From Candidatus Woesearchaeota archaeon (GTDB lineage: Archaea > Nanobdellota > Nanobdellia > Woesearchaeales > JACPIF01): DNA of 64,000 nucleotides. The notes beneath the pieces are model-generated. The model made no database searches and had not been told where the DNA came from. It worked only from the letters and a program-made list of their open reading frames with translations. The stretch lies in the NCBI GenBank assembly GCA_016188215.1, contig JACPIF010000011.1:2139-66138 (forward strand), in the 5' to 3' direction. Positions 52,336 through 62,147 of the stretch are shown here, piece by piece (positions within the stretch are counted from its first letter, which is position 1; each line of letters opens with the position of its first letter). The position numbers were made by a program, and so were the translations under genes.

Positions 52336-54696
52336 TGCTTTCTTAATCTTCTCTGCCACATATTTTCTAAAGCCAGCAGGCCTTGAGAACGCATACACTT
52401 TGGTAATGCCCAGCTGCTGCGCAAGCATCATGCACGCTTCTATCAATTGCACTCCAACCGACGCATTTTTAGTAAATGAAATCTCTTCTGTTATTTCAGG
52501 ATACTCAAAGATAATTGTATAACCCAACGCACCTGCATCTTGCACTCTCCCATCCTTAATCACCTTTATCAATTTTGCACCAGGCAGCCCTCCTTTAGGC
52601 TTCCTGTGAAACCTCACGATAGGATCCAGATCACTTTTCAGGTATTCCTCCACATATTTTGGCGCAGCTTCTTTCAACAGTGTTTCATCTGAACTTGTTT
52701 CCTGCACAGTCTCTTTGGCAGCTGTTGATATTGCCACGCACACCAATATCTTTCCATTCGCCTTATGCGTTGACAGTGTCCCATTCCCGGTCAGTTTGTC
52801 CCATGTAGTATAAAGCTCTTCAGCATTATCAATCCGTAACGCGCTAACGGTCCCGAGCAGATTTCCTGAATTATCAAATGCCCCAACCAAAATGCCGTTC
52901 CTGCTGCGTGCAATGAATTCCTGCTCTGTAGCAAGCAGGGGATGCCATCTCTTATTGTTGATTTCAACTGCTTTCTTAATCACGTCTCTTTCAGATGGAA
53001 AGATCTGCCTGAATATATAGGAGTCAGTTCTTGCAATTGAGGCAGGCTGCATCAATCTCGGGAACATCTCCTTGATTTTTGTCCTCTGCACCTTCCCTGT
53101 TGATGTCATGGGCAGCTGCTCAGCAGATATCTCAACAATCTTCATAGGGCTTTCATAGGCGCTCAGGCCGTGTATTTTGCCCTGCTGCCCGTCTCTTGTT
53201 ATGCCTTGGATAATCATTCCTCGTTTCTCTTTGCCCACCTCATCTTTGAAAACAATCACAGCACCTATCTCTTCCCCAATTCTTGCATCTTCATATCCAA
53301 CCACATAAACCTGGTCAATCTCCGGATATGCCCTCTGCAGCGCATGCTCAACCGCCAGCGGAGAGACATTGATTCCGCCTTTTATTATGATTTCTTTGAT
53401 CCTGCCTACCAGGAAAAATAGTTTCCTGCCATCCACAATCTTATAGTAGCCCATGTCTCCTGAATGAAACCATCCGTACTCAAAGGCTTTTTTTGTCTCC
53501 TCTTCATCACCAAGGTACCCTTTCATAATCCCAGGCCCTCGCACGCAGATCTCTCCAATCTCCCCTTCTTGCGCCTCCTTGCCATCGATAAGCACAGCCA
53601 TATTAGTCCACTTCATCTCAGTCCCGATGGTATTGCTCTTCAATAGCTCAAAATATCTTTCATCCAATGCGTTACTGCTGGTATAAGGCACTCCTGTAGA
53701 CCTGAGTGATGTCTCTGTCTGCCCGTATCCTTGTACAAGCGGGATTCTGAACTTTCTTACAAACTCTTCAGCCTCCTGCGGCTGAACAGGCGCAGATCCT
53801 ATCTGGATTCTGGTAACCTTTAGCTTGCCTTTAACCGCATTGAACCGCTCTTCCTGCGAAATCTGGTCATGGCAGATAGTCGGCACTATTGATGTGATTG
53901 TAGCTTGAGATTCAGCCAGTTGCTGGAAGAATCCTGAGTTTGAGTATCTTGGAACAAGTATTATTGTCCCGCCGCGCAGCAGCGTGGCTAAAGTAAATGT
54001 TGTGGAATTAATGTGGTGCAGTGGCAATACAGTCAAAAACCTATCCTTTTCAGTTATTGAAAGCCAGTCAGCGATACTGTCCGCATTAGATACAAGATTC
54101 TCAACAGTCAACAGCGCTCCTCTTGGTAATGCAGTAGTTCCTGAAGTGTACAATACTAATGCATCCTGCTCAGCAGAATTGCCCAGCTCTACAGGTTTCT
54201 CATGCTCTATGAGCGCCAGGAAATCATTAATCTCATTAAAAGATATGAATTTGATGCCATGCAGCATCTCTCTTAGCGCATCCTTCTGCTTTTCATCAAG
54301 CGCATCATTCTTTACAAAAACTACCTTGCTTTCTGTCTGCCTGATCTTGTACATCATGGTTTCCAGCGCATCCCGCTTTGAATCAAGCGGCACGCTGACC
54401 AATGATGTAGACCAGCACGCAAGGTTCAGGAACAGTACTTCTGGAGAATTCTTCATTATGAATGCAATCCGCTCACCTGTTTCCAGTCCAAGCTTATTTT
54501 TAAGGTATGCAGCAGTCTTGCCTACTATCTCCCTTAGCTGCTTGTACGAAAAGATATTCTTTTTAGTGTCATCAAGATATACGATTGCATCTTTATCAGG
54601 AAACCGCCTTGCGTGCGTATCCAGAAGATGCGGCAGTGAGCCGCAGGCAAACACTACCGGTTTTCCATCCTTAACTAAGCTATACTGCCCTTCCAT
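52327..54696 (-). CDS. AMP-dependent synthetase/ligase fused to a C-terminal GNAT-like domain
   Basis: 789 aa. LVLYTSGTTALPRG (AMP-binding motif), QGYGQTE, GDMGY, TSTGKVQR. An extra 250 aa or so follow, ending in GVQLIEACMMLAQQLGITKVYAFSRPAGF. Confidence 0.82.
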   Translation of the reverse strand: MEGQYSLVKDGKPVVFACGSLPHLLDTHARRFPDKDAIVYLDDTKKNIFSYKQLREIVGKTAAYLKNKLGLETGERIAFIMKNSPEVLFLNLACWSTSLVSVPLDSKRDALETMMYKIRQTESKVVFVKNDALDEKQKDALREMLHGIKFISFNEINDFLALIEHEKPVELGNSAEQDALVLYTSGTTALPRGALLTVENLVSNADSIADWLSITEKDRFLTVLPLHHINSTTFTLATLLRGGTIILVPRYSNSGFFQQLAESQATITSIVPTICHDQISQEERFNAVKGKLKVTRIQIGSAPVQPQEAEEFVRKFRIPLVQGYGQTETSLRSTGVPYTSSNALDERYFELLKSNTIGTEMKWTNMAVLIDGKEAQEGEIGEICVRGPGIMKGYLGDEEETKKAFEYGWFHSGDMGYYKIVDGRKLFFLVGRIKEIIIKGGINVSPLAVEHALQRAYPEIDQVYVVGYEDARIGEEIGAVIVFKDEVGKEKRGMIIQGITRDGQQGKIHGLSAYESPMKIVEISAEQLPMTSTGKVQRTKIKEMFPRLMQPASIARTDSYIFRQIFPSERDVIKKAVEINNKRWHPLLATEQEFIARSRNGILVGAFDNSGNLLGTVSALRIDNAEELYTTWDKLTGNGTLSTHKANGKILVCVAISTAAKETVQETSSDETLLKEAAPKYVEEYLKSDLDPIVRFHRKPKGGLPGAKLIKVIKDGRVQDAGALGYTIIFEYPEITEEISFTKNASVGVQLIEACMMLAQQLGITKVYAFSRPAGFRKYVAEKIKKALS

Positions 54697-54714
54697 AAGA
54701 CCCTGGCCAGATGC

Positions 54715-54969
54715 CTAGTTAGGCATGACCTTCTCTTCAAGCCGCCTTGAATTGCTCGGCCTTAAATGCTTGTCCATCCAGGAATCATGGCCTGAGCTGA
54801 GAAAATTGACCTTTACCCTTGCATGCCTCCCGCAGTTGCATTTCGTGACCTTGTAATGCAGGCTATCTCCTATGAAATCAGAATACCATATGTTCTTTGC
54901 CAGGTCATTGCTGCAATACATGCATTTGAACCGCGCATCATGCTCTGTTATTGCTGTTCTTAGTCCCAT
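54715..54969 (-). CDS. small Cys/His protein (possible zinc binder)
   Basis: 84 aa. CMYC..(28)..CNCGRH. Confidence 0.45.
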   Translation of the reverse strand: MGLRTAITEHDARFKCMYCSNDLAKNIWYSDFIGDSLHYKVTKCNCGRHARVKVNFLSSGHDSWMDKHLRPSNSRRLEEKVMPN

Positions 54970-54976
54970 TATTTAG

Positions 54977-55288
54977 TCACCTCTGAGTTACCTCATCAAT
55001 CCATTGCTGGCATTCCTTATTCACCCTATGTATTTGTATAAAACTAATACAGGGAACCGTATAGCTGTGAATTTTCTTTATTTCGCGCTCAATACTGTTC
55101 AGATTCTTTTTAGGGGCTTTTATGAGCACTGCAGTCTCTGTTTCCCTTGCTAATTTTCCCTTCCACCTGTATAGGCTTTTAACAGGAAACATATTTGCAC
55201 AGGCTATCAATCTTTTTTTAAGCAAATGAGTTGCTATCTTCTCAGCTTCCTTTGCATTTTTGCATGTCACATAGATGTCCAGTATCAT
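54977..55288 (-). CDS. cutA: divalent-cation tolerance protein CutA
   Basis: 103 aa. LIACANMFPVKSLYRWKGK..ETAVLIK..HSYTVPCI. Confidence 0.85.
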   Translation of the reverse strand: MILDIYVTCKNAKEAEKIATHLLKKRLIACANMFPVKSLYRWKGKLARETETAVLIKAPKKNLNSIEREIKKIHSYTVPCISFIQIHRVNKECQQWIDEVTQR

Positions 55289-55362
55289 AGCCGTATAACC
55301 TCCCTCATCCTTTTAAGCATTACTAATATCTTTATAATAGTATTAAAAGATTATTTATAATA

Positions 55363-56079
55363 CTAATAAAATACAGGGCGCAGGTGCGCCTCAGTTATAT
55401 TTGCGCGCGGCGGCATCTTTAGCATAAGCATAATAAGCTCTGCCACATCCTCGGGCTTGAGCATACGAGCCAGTTCAGCCCTGGTTTTTCTCTTAAAATG
55501 CATCGGCGTTTCAACGGCCCCTGGGCATATCAAGCTTACCTTAATTTTAAATGGCTTAAGCTCTTCTGCAATTGATTCAGATATTCCAGTAACCCCGAAT
55601 TTGGAAGCGGCGTATGCGCTCCTCTCTGGCTTTCCTAACCTGCCGTTGAGAGATGAGATATTTATTATATGGCCGTACTTCTGTCTTTTCATCACTTTCG
55701 CAGCGTATTTGCAGCACAGATAAAGCCCGCGCAGGTTTACTGTAAGCATCTCATCCAGTTTATCAGTCTCAATCTCGTCAACTGCTCCTGTATAGAAAAC
55801 ACCTGCATTATTCACGATAGCATCAATCCTGCCAAGCTTGTTTTTGACAATGCTTATCATATCTTTTATGTCGTTCTCACTGCAGACATCAACCTTTATG
55901 CTCATAACATTCCCTTTTGCTTTCCTTATAGTCTGCGCAACCGCATCCAATCCCTTCAAATTCCTTGCTGTTATTACGACAGCTGCGCCTTCCTGCGCCA
56001 CTCTGACAGCCGTTGCCGCGCCAATCCCAGAAGAAGCTCCGGTAATTATGACTACCTTGTTGTGCAGCGCCCCTTTCAT
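55363..56079 (-). CDS. short-chain dehydrogenase/reductase (SDR)
   Basis: 238 aa. ITGASSGIGAATA, NNAG, YAASKFG. Confidence 0.9.
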   Translation of the reverse strand: MKGALHNKVVIITGASSGIGAATAVRVAQEGAAVVITARNLKGLDAVAQTIRKAKGNVMSIKVDVCSENDIKDMISIVKNKLGRIDAIVNNAGVFYTGAVDEIETDKLDEMLTVNLRGLYLCCKYAAKVMKRQKYGHIINISSLNGRLGKPERSAYAASKFGVTGISESIAEELKPFKIKVSLICPGAVETPMHFKRKTRAELARMLKPEDVAELIMLMLKMPPRANITEAHLRPVFY

Positions 56080-56118
56080 GCACGAAAGGTTAAATCCCTA
56101 CTATAAAAAGGTTTAGAA

Positions 56119-56415
56119 TTAACTAAGGGAAGATCTAATGTACTCAATTTTAACCGTATCTCCGTCTGGTAGTAAGTGGTACTGCGGCAAATCAGCCTTT
56201 GCGACTGTCTCTTCCAAATTTAATCCTTTCCCAACTATAACTCTGGCACGGATAAAGCCTCCATGCTTGTCAAGTACATGATCTGCGCTCACAACCGCGC
56301 CTTCTCGTCTCATTCTCATTCCATTCATATTCTCAGGATCGTGTACAACAGTAGACCTGTAATTAATAAGAGCCTTCACCAATTTATCTTGAGCATGAGC
56401 TTGCACTACAGCCAT
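56119..56415 (-). CDS. hypothetical protein
   Basis: 98-aa ORF. No motif recognised. Confidence 0.45.
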   Translation of the reverse strand: MAVVQAHAQDKLVKALINYRSTVVHDPENMNGMRMRREGAVVSADHVLDKHGGFIRARVIVGKGLNLEETVAKADLPQYHLLPDGDTVKIEYIRSSLS

Positions 56416-56480
56416 GGGTCAATGCTGTGCAAAACTCTATTTAAACGCTCTTGCAAGAAATATTCTTAATGTAATATTTT

Positions 56481-57056
56481 TCATTTGATAACCCCATTCT
56501 TCTTGAGGATGAGGTATGGATAGCCTCTCAAATCAGGGTTGGATGCATCCACGCCCAGCTCCCTTGCAAAATCAAACAGTTTCTGCCTCGTCTCTTCAAT
56601 GCTTCCAAAATCTTTCAAAGATTCTATCTCAATGAAATGCCCCAGATCTTTTACAGTATCCAGGGAAATTTCAAACTCATCTTTAAATTGGTACACTTCT
56701 CTCTCTTTTTCTACAGCAACAAGCGGTTTTATATCAAGGGCCTTGAATATTTTTTCCAGCTGTTCCTGATTCTCAACTTTAGTTTCAAATTCATCACAGT
56801 GAGTTGTTACTGCACTGTTCTCCGGATACCAGTGCTTATAGCTCAGTATGGCAGCATCTCCCCGCTTCCTGATGCTGAGCCATTCAAACGGGAATTGCAG
56901 CTCCACAAAATTCCGGTGTGCCGGCATATAGTACGCGTCATTCTGCCTGTTTTTCTTTACAAAGGTCGCTATCTTGTTCAGCTTCTCTCTTGTTCTCATG
57001 AAAATAGATTCAGAAACATTAATTTTTATTTCAATCTCAACATTATTATGAGCCAT
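56481..57056 (-). CDS. CYTH-domain protein (triphosphate tunnel metalloenzyme / CyaB-like)
   Basis: 191 aa. N-terminal VEIEIKI (ExExK), later RKRG and EIES acidic strands. Confidence 0.8.
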   Translation of the reverse strand: MAHNNVEIEIKINVSESIFMRTREKLNKIATFVKKNRQNDAYYMPAHRNFVELQFPFEWLSIRKRGDAAILSYKHWYPENSAVTTHCDEFETKVENQEQLEKIFKALDIKPLVAVEKEREVYQFKDEFEISLDTVKDLGHFIEIESLKDFGSIEETRQKLFDFARELGVDASNPDLRGYPYLILKKNGVIK

Positions 57057-57089
57057 TAAAGGAACTAACGGGAAATGATATAAAAATCT

Positions 57090-57809
57090 TTACTGAATCC
57101 CCCACTTCTCAATCTTTACCTGCCCTATAGCAGCCCCATTGTCTCTTAGAGCTTTTTGCAGGTCATTCACCATCGCATCCGGCCCGCAGATAAAAAATAA
57201 GGTGTTCTTGAAATCAGTTACATGCTCATTAATCATGCCCCAGTCAATCCTTCCCTTCCTGCCATCCCAGCCGTCCTGCACCCTGGTCAGGGTTACAGTA
57301 ACCTGAACATTCTTATTGTGCTTTTTAAGTTCTTCAAGCTCTTGCTTATAGATAATGTCTTCCGGAATCTTTGTGCTAAACAGCAGCTTGACATTGTTTG
57401 GCAGCTCCCTCTCAATTATATATTGCCACATGCTCCTTAACGGCGCAATCCCTGTGCCGCCTGCTATGAGCATGATATCCTGCTTGTAATCATCCTTGAA
57501 TACGAAGTGCCCGATAGGGCCGCGTATCTTTACTTTATCCCCGACCTGCAGCTTTGTCATCCTTGTAGAGAAAGGCCCTTCCTTTTTTACTGTAATCTCA
57601 ATCCATTTTGTATTGCTGGGAGATGAAGAGATTGAGTATGCCTTGCTTCTACTGCTTTCCTCTCCATTCAGGAATCCGAACATGACATATTGCCCAGGAA
57701 TAAATTGTATGGATTCATGCTCCGGCAGGGCAACGCGTATAGTAACTGTATCAGGCGTCTCCTGCACTACCTTGCTGATTTTGCACTCTACCCATGTTTT
57801 CGGATTCAT
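57090..57809 (-). CDS. FAD/NAD(P)-binding oxidoreductase (ferredoxin-reductase type)
   Basis: 239 aa. RSKAYSISS (RxYS), GGTGIAP, ICGP. Confidence 0.85.
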   Translation of the reverse strand: MNPKTWVECKISKVVQETPDTVTIRVALPEHESIQFIPGQYVMFGFLNGEESSRSKAYSISSSPSNTKWIEITVKKEGPFSTRMTKLQVGDKVKIRGPIGHFVFKDDYKQDIMLIAGGTGIAPLRSMWQYIIERELPNNVKLLFSTKIPEDIIYKQELEELKKHNKNVQVTVTLTRVQDGWDGRKGRIDWGMINEHVTDFKNTLFFICGPDAMVNDLQKALRDNGAAIGQVKIEKWGIQ

Positions 57810-57929
57810 GCCTCCAGAACTTTCTCTATGCTTTTTAAGTTTTGTGAATTCTTGAATGCAGATTCATACAACTAAAACTGGCAAGAATGCAAAAAGTTCC
57901 AGAAAAGAGTATCATAGGGCAGTTTTCCG

Positions 57930-58301
57930 CTATTTTTTCCTGTATCCAAATTTCTTGTCGTACTCCTTATGATCTAGAATATCAAGAACGAAACAGATGA
58001 TCTCAACCTGATCGCCTTTGACAGTGTAGAGCATCCTCCAATAGTTGGTCAGCTCAACTCTCCAGAGATTTTTAGCATTATATTTAGCCACATACTCTTT
58101 TGGGATGAGTGCTTTGGAGAGGTTATCCCCGTAAAATGGATTGGCCTTAATGAGCTCTGTCTTTTGCCTTATCGAACGCAAAAGCTGCATTTCTTCAGTA
58201 TTATCCTTACCTTCCTTGATTTGCTGCCCAACTATTTCATTGAGTTTCTTATACTCGAAATCCGCCTCATCAAGAAGGATTACCCTGCTGGGCTTGTTCA
58301 T
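57930..58301 (-). CDS. RelE/ParE-superfamily-like toxin with an N-terminal extension
   Basis: 123 aa. NLWRVELTNYWRMLYTVKGDQVEIICFVLDILDHKEYDKKFG matches the RelE-type C-terminal pattern. Confidence 0.55.
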   Translation of the reverse strand: MNKPSRVILLDEADFEYKKLNEIVGQQIKEGKDNTEEMQLLRSIRQKTELIKANPFYGDNLSKALIPKEYVAKYNAKNLWRVELTNYWRMLYTVKGDQVEIICFVLDILDHKEYDKKFGYRKK

Positions 58302-58582
58302 ATCTCAGTTCCTCTTTTGATGAGTTCATTCAACTCCCTGCGCTCGGCAAAAACCCAAAGGAGCCCTTTAGTGCCAATGAGGATTTTTCCGCTTAATTGC
58401 AAATAGTCCAAAATCCTGAGCAATGTCTGGTGCATCACTTGCTTAGGCAACTCTTTTTTTAATTCTGCGACAGTCATAAGTTCTCCTTTGTTTTTCAGAG
58501 TTTCTTCAACCATGAGAATAGTGTTTAATGTAGGAGAATGCAATAATCTTTCCCGTTCCTTCATTTGTACTGTTTTGGACAT
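58298..58582 (-). CDS. winged-helix-like partner protein (candidate antitoxin)
   Basis: 94 aa. MTVAELKKELPKQVMHQTLLRILDYLQLSGKILI. 4-nt overlap with the toxin-like ORF. Confidence 0.5.
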   Translation of the reverse strand: MSKTVQMKERERLLHSPTLNTILMVEETLKNKGELMTVAELKKELPKQVMHQTLLRILDYLQLSGKILIGTKGLLWVFAERRELNELIKRGTEI

Positions 58583-58700
58583 CGTATATCTAATTTATAT
58601 AGATTAATACATAATAAGTATATACTTATATATAAACCTTTTGGCTTGGGAGGTAAAATTATAGATAATTTATTATTCCACTTATTGCACCTAGAAAGTT

Positions 58701-59123
58701 GTGACTCAAAAGAATATAAAGGTTATATTAGTATTCTTACTCATCATCTTATTTCTTGCAGTCTTTTTTATGTTTATAGCTCCAGTAGATTGTAAAAGAG
58801 ACCATTATTTTCTGTTAAATATGTACGGTAAATGTTTTGTATATGACGGATGTGAATCGCCAACCATTTATGACCGATACGAAAAATGTAATCTCCCAAG
58901 GGAAGAGTTAATTGGGGTAATTAAATCAGGCTCAGAGATGCTTAGTGATTGTAAACATATATGTACCGTAGAAGGTGCAAGCTTTTGTTATCATAGGTTT
59001 ACTATTTCTAATACATCATTTTATTGTCCTGAAATTTATGATTGCGAGATTAGAGAAAAATGTAATTTAACGAAAGTATTGCAATTTTATAATTCTACTT
59101 ACACTAGCAAAGTGATAGGATAG
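58701..59123 (+). CDS. membrane-anchored Cys-rich extracytoplasmic protein
   Basis: 140 aa. GTG start, N-terminal TM, 11 Cys in the ectodomain. AT-rich. Confidence 0.45.
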   Translation: MTQKNIKVILVFLLIILFLAVFFMFIAPVDCKRDHYFLLNMYGKCFVYDGCESPTIYDRYEKCNLPREELIGVIKSGSEMLSDCKHICTVEGASFCYHRFTISNTSFYCPEIYDCEIREKCNLTKVLQFYNSTYTSKVIG

Positions 59124-59166
59124 TAGAGCCTAAATGTTTAAATAAAGCCCTGTTATCCTAAGCAGC

Positions 59167-60105
59167 ATGAGTCAGGCTATCATAAGCAACGTCCTCGGCA
59201 TCTTTGTCGTTGACCAGCAGGCAATAATAGACAAAAAGCTCTTCAATTCACATGCAGAATATGAGGCAAGGCAGCATTACATAGCTGAGCTGAAGAAGAA
59301 GCATAAGCAGGCTTCAGAAACGCATGACCTGCGCCCATTCCTGCACCTTTTCAAAGCCCCTGAATTCCACAATGCGTTCCATGAGAGGAATATTGAGCTT
59401 ACAAAACAGGCGCTCAAGCAGTCAGTCACCAAAGACCAGCTCATTATCCAGGCAGCCAATTCCGTAGCAGACCTTGACAAAATCATAAACCAGCTCGCTA
59501 AAAGATTAAGGGAATGGTATGAGCTCTACAACCCTGAAACATCAAAAGCAATTGAAGACCATGAGAAGTTTATAGAAGCAATCATCAAGAAATCAAAACA
59601 GGAACTCTTGCAGCAATTCAGCGTCAAGCAGGAGATGGGTGCAGCGCTTGAGGCAGATGATGTCCATGCCCTCATGAATTTGGCGCATCACACACATGAA
59701 TTATATCGCGCACGCCAGGCACTTGAAAAATACAGTGAAAAACTCCTTAAAGAGATTGCGCCAAACCTGCATGCCATCGCAGGCACTGCAATAGCTGCAA
59801 AGCTGCTCATGCAGGCAGGCTCGCTTGAGCGCCTGTCTATTCTCCCAGCATCCACCATCCAGATATTAGGTGCTGAAAAGGCAATGTTCCGGCACCTCAC
59901 TACAAAACATGCCAGGATGCCAAAATACGGCATCCTGTTCCAGCATCCGCTTATTGCAAAGGTTCCCCAGCAGGACAGGGGAAAGGCAGCCCGCGGCTTG
60001 GCAGACAAGCTCGCATTGGCAGCAAAGGTTGACAGATTCAAGGGAAAGCCGCTCGCAGCTGAGCTCATCAAGGACTTAGAAATGAGGTTTGGGTCGTGGA
60101 AATAA
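59167..60105 (+). CDS. nop5: Nop5 (Nop56/58) box C/D RNP core protein
   Basis: 312 aa. NOSIC/Nop domain: LREWYELYNPE, ILGAEKAMFRHL, PKYGILFQHPLI. Confidence 0.88.
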   Translation: MSQAIISNVLGIFVVDQQAIIDKKLFNSHAEYEARQHYIAELKKKHKQASETHDLRPFLHLFKAPEFHNAFHERNIELTKQALKQSVTKDQLIIQAANSVADLDKIINQLAKRLREWYELYNPETSKAIEDHEKFIEAIIKKSKQELLQQFSVKQEMGAALEADDVHALMNLAHHTHELYRARQALEKYSEKLLKEIAPNLHAIAGTAIAAKLLMQAGSLERLSILPASTIQILGAEKAMFRHLTTKHARMPKYGILFQHPLIAKVPQQDRGKAARGLADKLALAAKVDRFKGKPLAAELIKDLEMRFGSWK

Positions 60106-60761
60106 AATCTGCAAAATTTGACGGACTTTTTACTGCTGAAAAGGGAAAGAGGAGCATCCTGCTCACTAAAAGCCTTACTCCAGGCCTCCGCCATTTTGAC
60201 GAGGACTTGTACGAAAACGGAACCTACCGCGAGCTCAGCCCAAGGCGCAGCAAGCTTGCAGCAGCAGTGGTAAAAGGATTGTCGCAGTGGCTTTTCAGGA
60301 AGGATTCTGTCATCCTATATTTAGGAGCATCCCACGGCTACACCGTCTCATTTCTCTCGGATATCTGCCCGGAAGGCATTATTTTCGCCATAGACAGCGC
60401 TCCCAGGGTAGTCCGTGATTTAATATTTGTCTGCGAGCAGCGCAGAAATATAGCGCCTATCCTTGCAGACGCCAACAAGCCGGAAACTTACCAGGAGCGT
60501 ATCGCGCAGCCTGATATTTTATACCAGGATGTTGCCCAGAAGAACCAGGTGGAGATATTTCTCAAGAACATGCAGCTTGTCAGGCCAGGCGGCTTTGGCA
60601 TGCTTGCGCTCAAGGCCCGCTCCGTAGACATCACCAAAAAACCTGAGCTCATCTTCAGGGAAGCCAGGGCAGAGCTGGAAAAGCACACTATAGTTGCAGA
60701 TTACCGCATCCTGCACCCTTTTGAGAAAGACCATGCCTTCTTCCTTTGCAAAAAGAAATAA
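60096..60761 (+). CDS. flpA: fibrillarin-like rRNA/tRNA 2'-O-methyltransferase
   Basis: 221 aa. YRELSPRRSKLAA, VILYLGASHGYTVSFLSDI, ILYQDVAQ. GTG start that overlaps the nop5 stop. Confidence 0.9.
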   Translation: MEIKSAKFDGLFTAEKGKRSILLTKSLTPGLRHFDEDLYENGTYRELSPRRSKLAAAVVKGLSQWLFRKDSVILYLGASHGYTVSFLSDICPEGIIFAIDSAPRVVRDLIFVCEQRRNIAPILADANKPETYQERIAQPDILYQDVAQKNQVEIFLKNMQLVRPGGFGMLALKARSVDITKKPELIFREARAELEKHTIVADYRILHPFEKDHAFFLCKKK

Positions 60762-60791
60762 TTTAAAAAGAGCCGTGAAGCACTATAAGAC

Positions 60792-62147
60792 ATGGCACTC
60801 TCTGTCTATAACACATTAACCAGAAAAAAAGAGCAATTCAAGCCCATCAAAGGCAGGAATGTAAAGCTCTTTGTGTGCGGTGTTACACCTTACAATTACG
60901 CTCACATTGGCCACGGAAAGACGTACATTCAATTCGATGTAATTGTCCGCTACCTCCGCTACAGGAAGTATAAGGTGTTCTACCTCCAAAATATCACTGA
61001 CATAGATGATAAAATCATTGGCCGTGCAAAGCAGGAGGGCAAGACATTGAAAGAAGTTGCAGATTTTTATCTTAACTCATATCACGAGGACATGCAAGCC
61101 CTTGGCAACACCTCAGTTGACAAATATGCAAAGGCAACTGACTACATTCCAGAAATTATCAGCCAGGTGCAGCGCCTCATCAAGAAGGGCTATGCCTATA
61201 AGATATCTGATGGCTATTATTTTGACTTGAGCAAAGACAAGGATTACGGCAAGTTGGCAGGAAGAACCTCATCTGATGCTGAAGATGCAGTTTCAAGAGT
61301 GGATGAAAATGATGAGAAGCGAAACAAAGGCGATTTCTGCCTCTGGAAATTCTACCGTGAAGGCGACCCATACTGGGAGACTGAATTTGGGAAAGGAAGG
61401 CCAGGTTGGCACATTGAGGATACGGCAATCACTGAAAAAGAGCTTGGAGTGCAGTATGATGTCCACGGTGGAGCCCGCGACTTGATTTTCCCTCATCATG
61501 AGGCAGAGATTGCCCAGATGGAATCCATCTCTGGAAAAAAACCGTTAGTGAAATACTGGCTGCACACAGAGTTCCTTACTATAAAAAAGACCAAGATGTC
61601 TAAATCCCTAGGAAATATAATTCCCATTAGGGAAATCTTGAAGCAGTACGACCCTAAAGTCCTTCGGTACTTCTACCTTGCAAGCCATTACCGAAGTCCT
61701 ATCTCCTTTGATTACGATGCCTTGGAGCACGCAAGGAACGCACTTCAGCGCCTCAACGATTTTATGCAGTCTGTTAAGGATGGAAAAGATACTTACCCTG
61801 CAAGCCTGCTCACCAAAACAAAAGCTGCATTCATAAAAGCGATGGATGATGATTTTGACACACCAAAAGCATTGGCAATTATTTTTGATTTCATGCGCGA
61901 GGTCAACAAGAAAGGCGGTGGCAGGAAAGCATATAATTTGATGAAAGAGTTTGATAGTATCTTTAATATCCTGACGCTTGAAGGCATTGCAATAACACCG
62001 GAACTTAAAGAGCTGCTCCAAAAGCGCGAAGCAGCAAGGCAGAAAAAGGATTTCAGGGCAGCAGACGCCATCAGGAACCAAATAAGGAAAAAAGGGTATT
62101 TAGTTGAGGATTCTGATAATGGGCCTGTCCTGAAAAAACAAAATTAA
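60792..62147 (+). CDS. cysS: cysteine--tRNA ligase
   Basis: 451 aa. HIGHGKTY (HIGH), KMSKS, WHIEDT. Confidence 0.93.
   Translation: MALSVYNTLTRKKEQFKPIKGRNVKLFVCGVTPYNYAHIGHGKTYIQFDVIVRYLRYRKYKVFYLQNITDIDDKIIGRAKQEGKTLKEVADFYLNSYHEDMQALGNTSVDKYAKATDYIPEIISQVQRLIKKGYAYKISDGYYFDLSKDKDYGKLAGRTSSDAEDAVSRVDENDEKRNKGDFCLWKFYREGDPYWETEFGKGRPGWHIEDTAITEKELGVQYDVHGGARDLIFPHHEAEIAQMESISGKKPLVKYWLHTEFLTIKKTKMSKSLGNIIPIREILKQYDPKVLRYFYLASHYRSPISFDYDALEHARNALQRLNDFMQSVKDGKDTYPASLLTKTKAAFIKAMDDDFDTPKALAIIFDFMREVNKKGGGRKAYNLMKEFDSIFNILTLEGIAITPELKELLQKREAARQKKDFRAADAIRNQIRKKGYLVEDSDNGPVLKKQN

Noticed and set aside
53984-54718. 244-aa plus-strand ORF
   Set aside because: It is antisense to the AMP-ligase gene, which carries the full motif set. 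The translation is Ser-rich low complexity.
59167-60761. Box C/D sRNA genes expected near nop5/fibrillarin or in other spacers
   Set aside because: I scanned the intergenic regions by eye for RTGATGA..CTGA pairs and found none convincing. An eye scan is not sensitive, so absence is not established.
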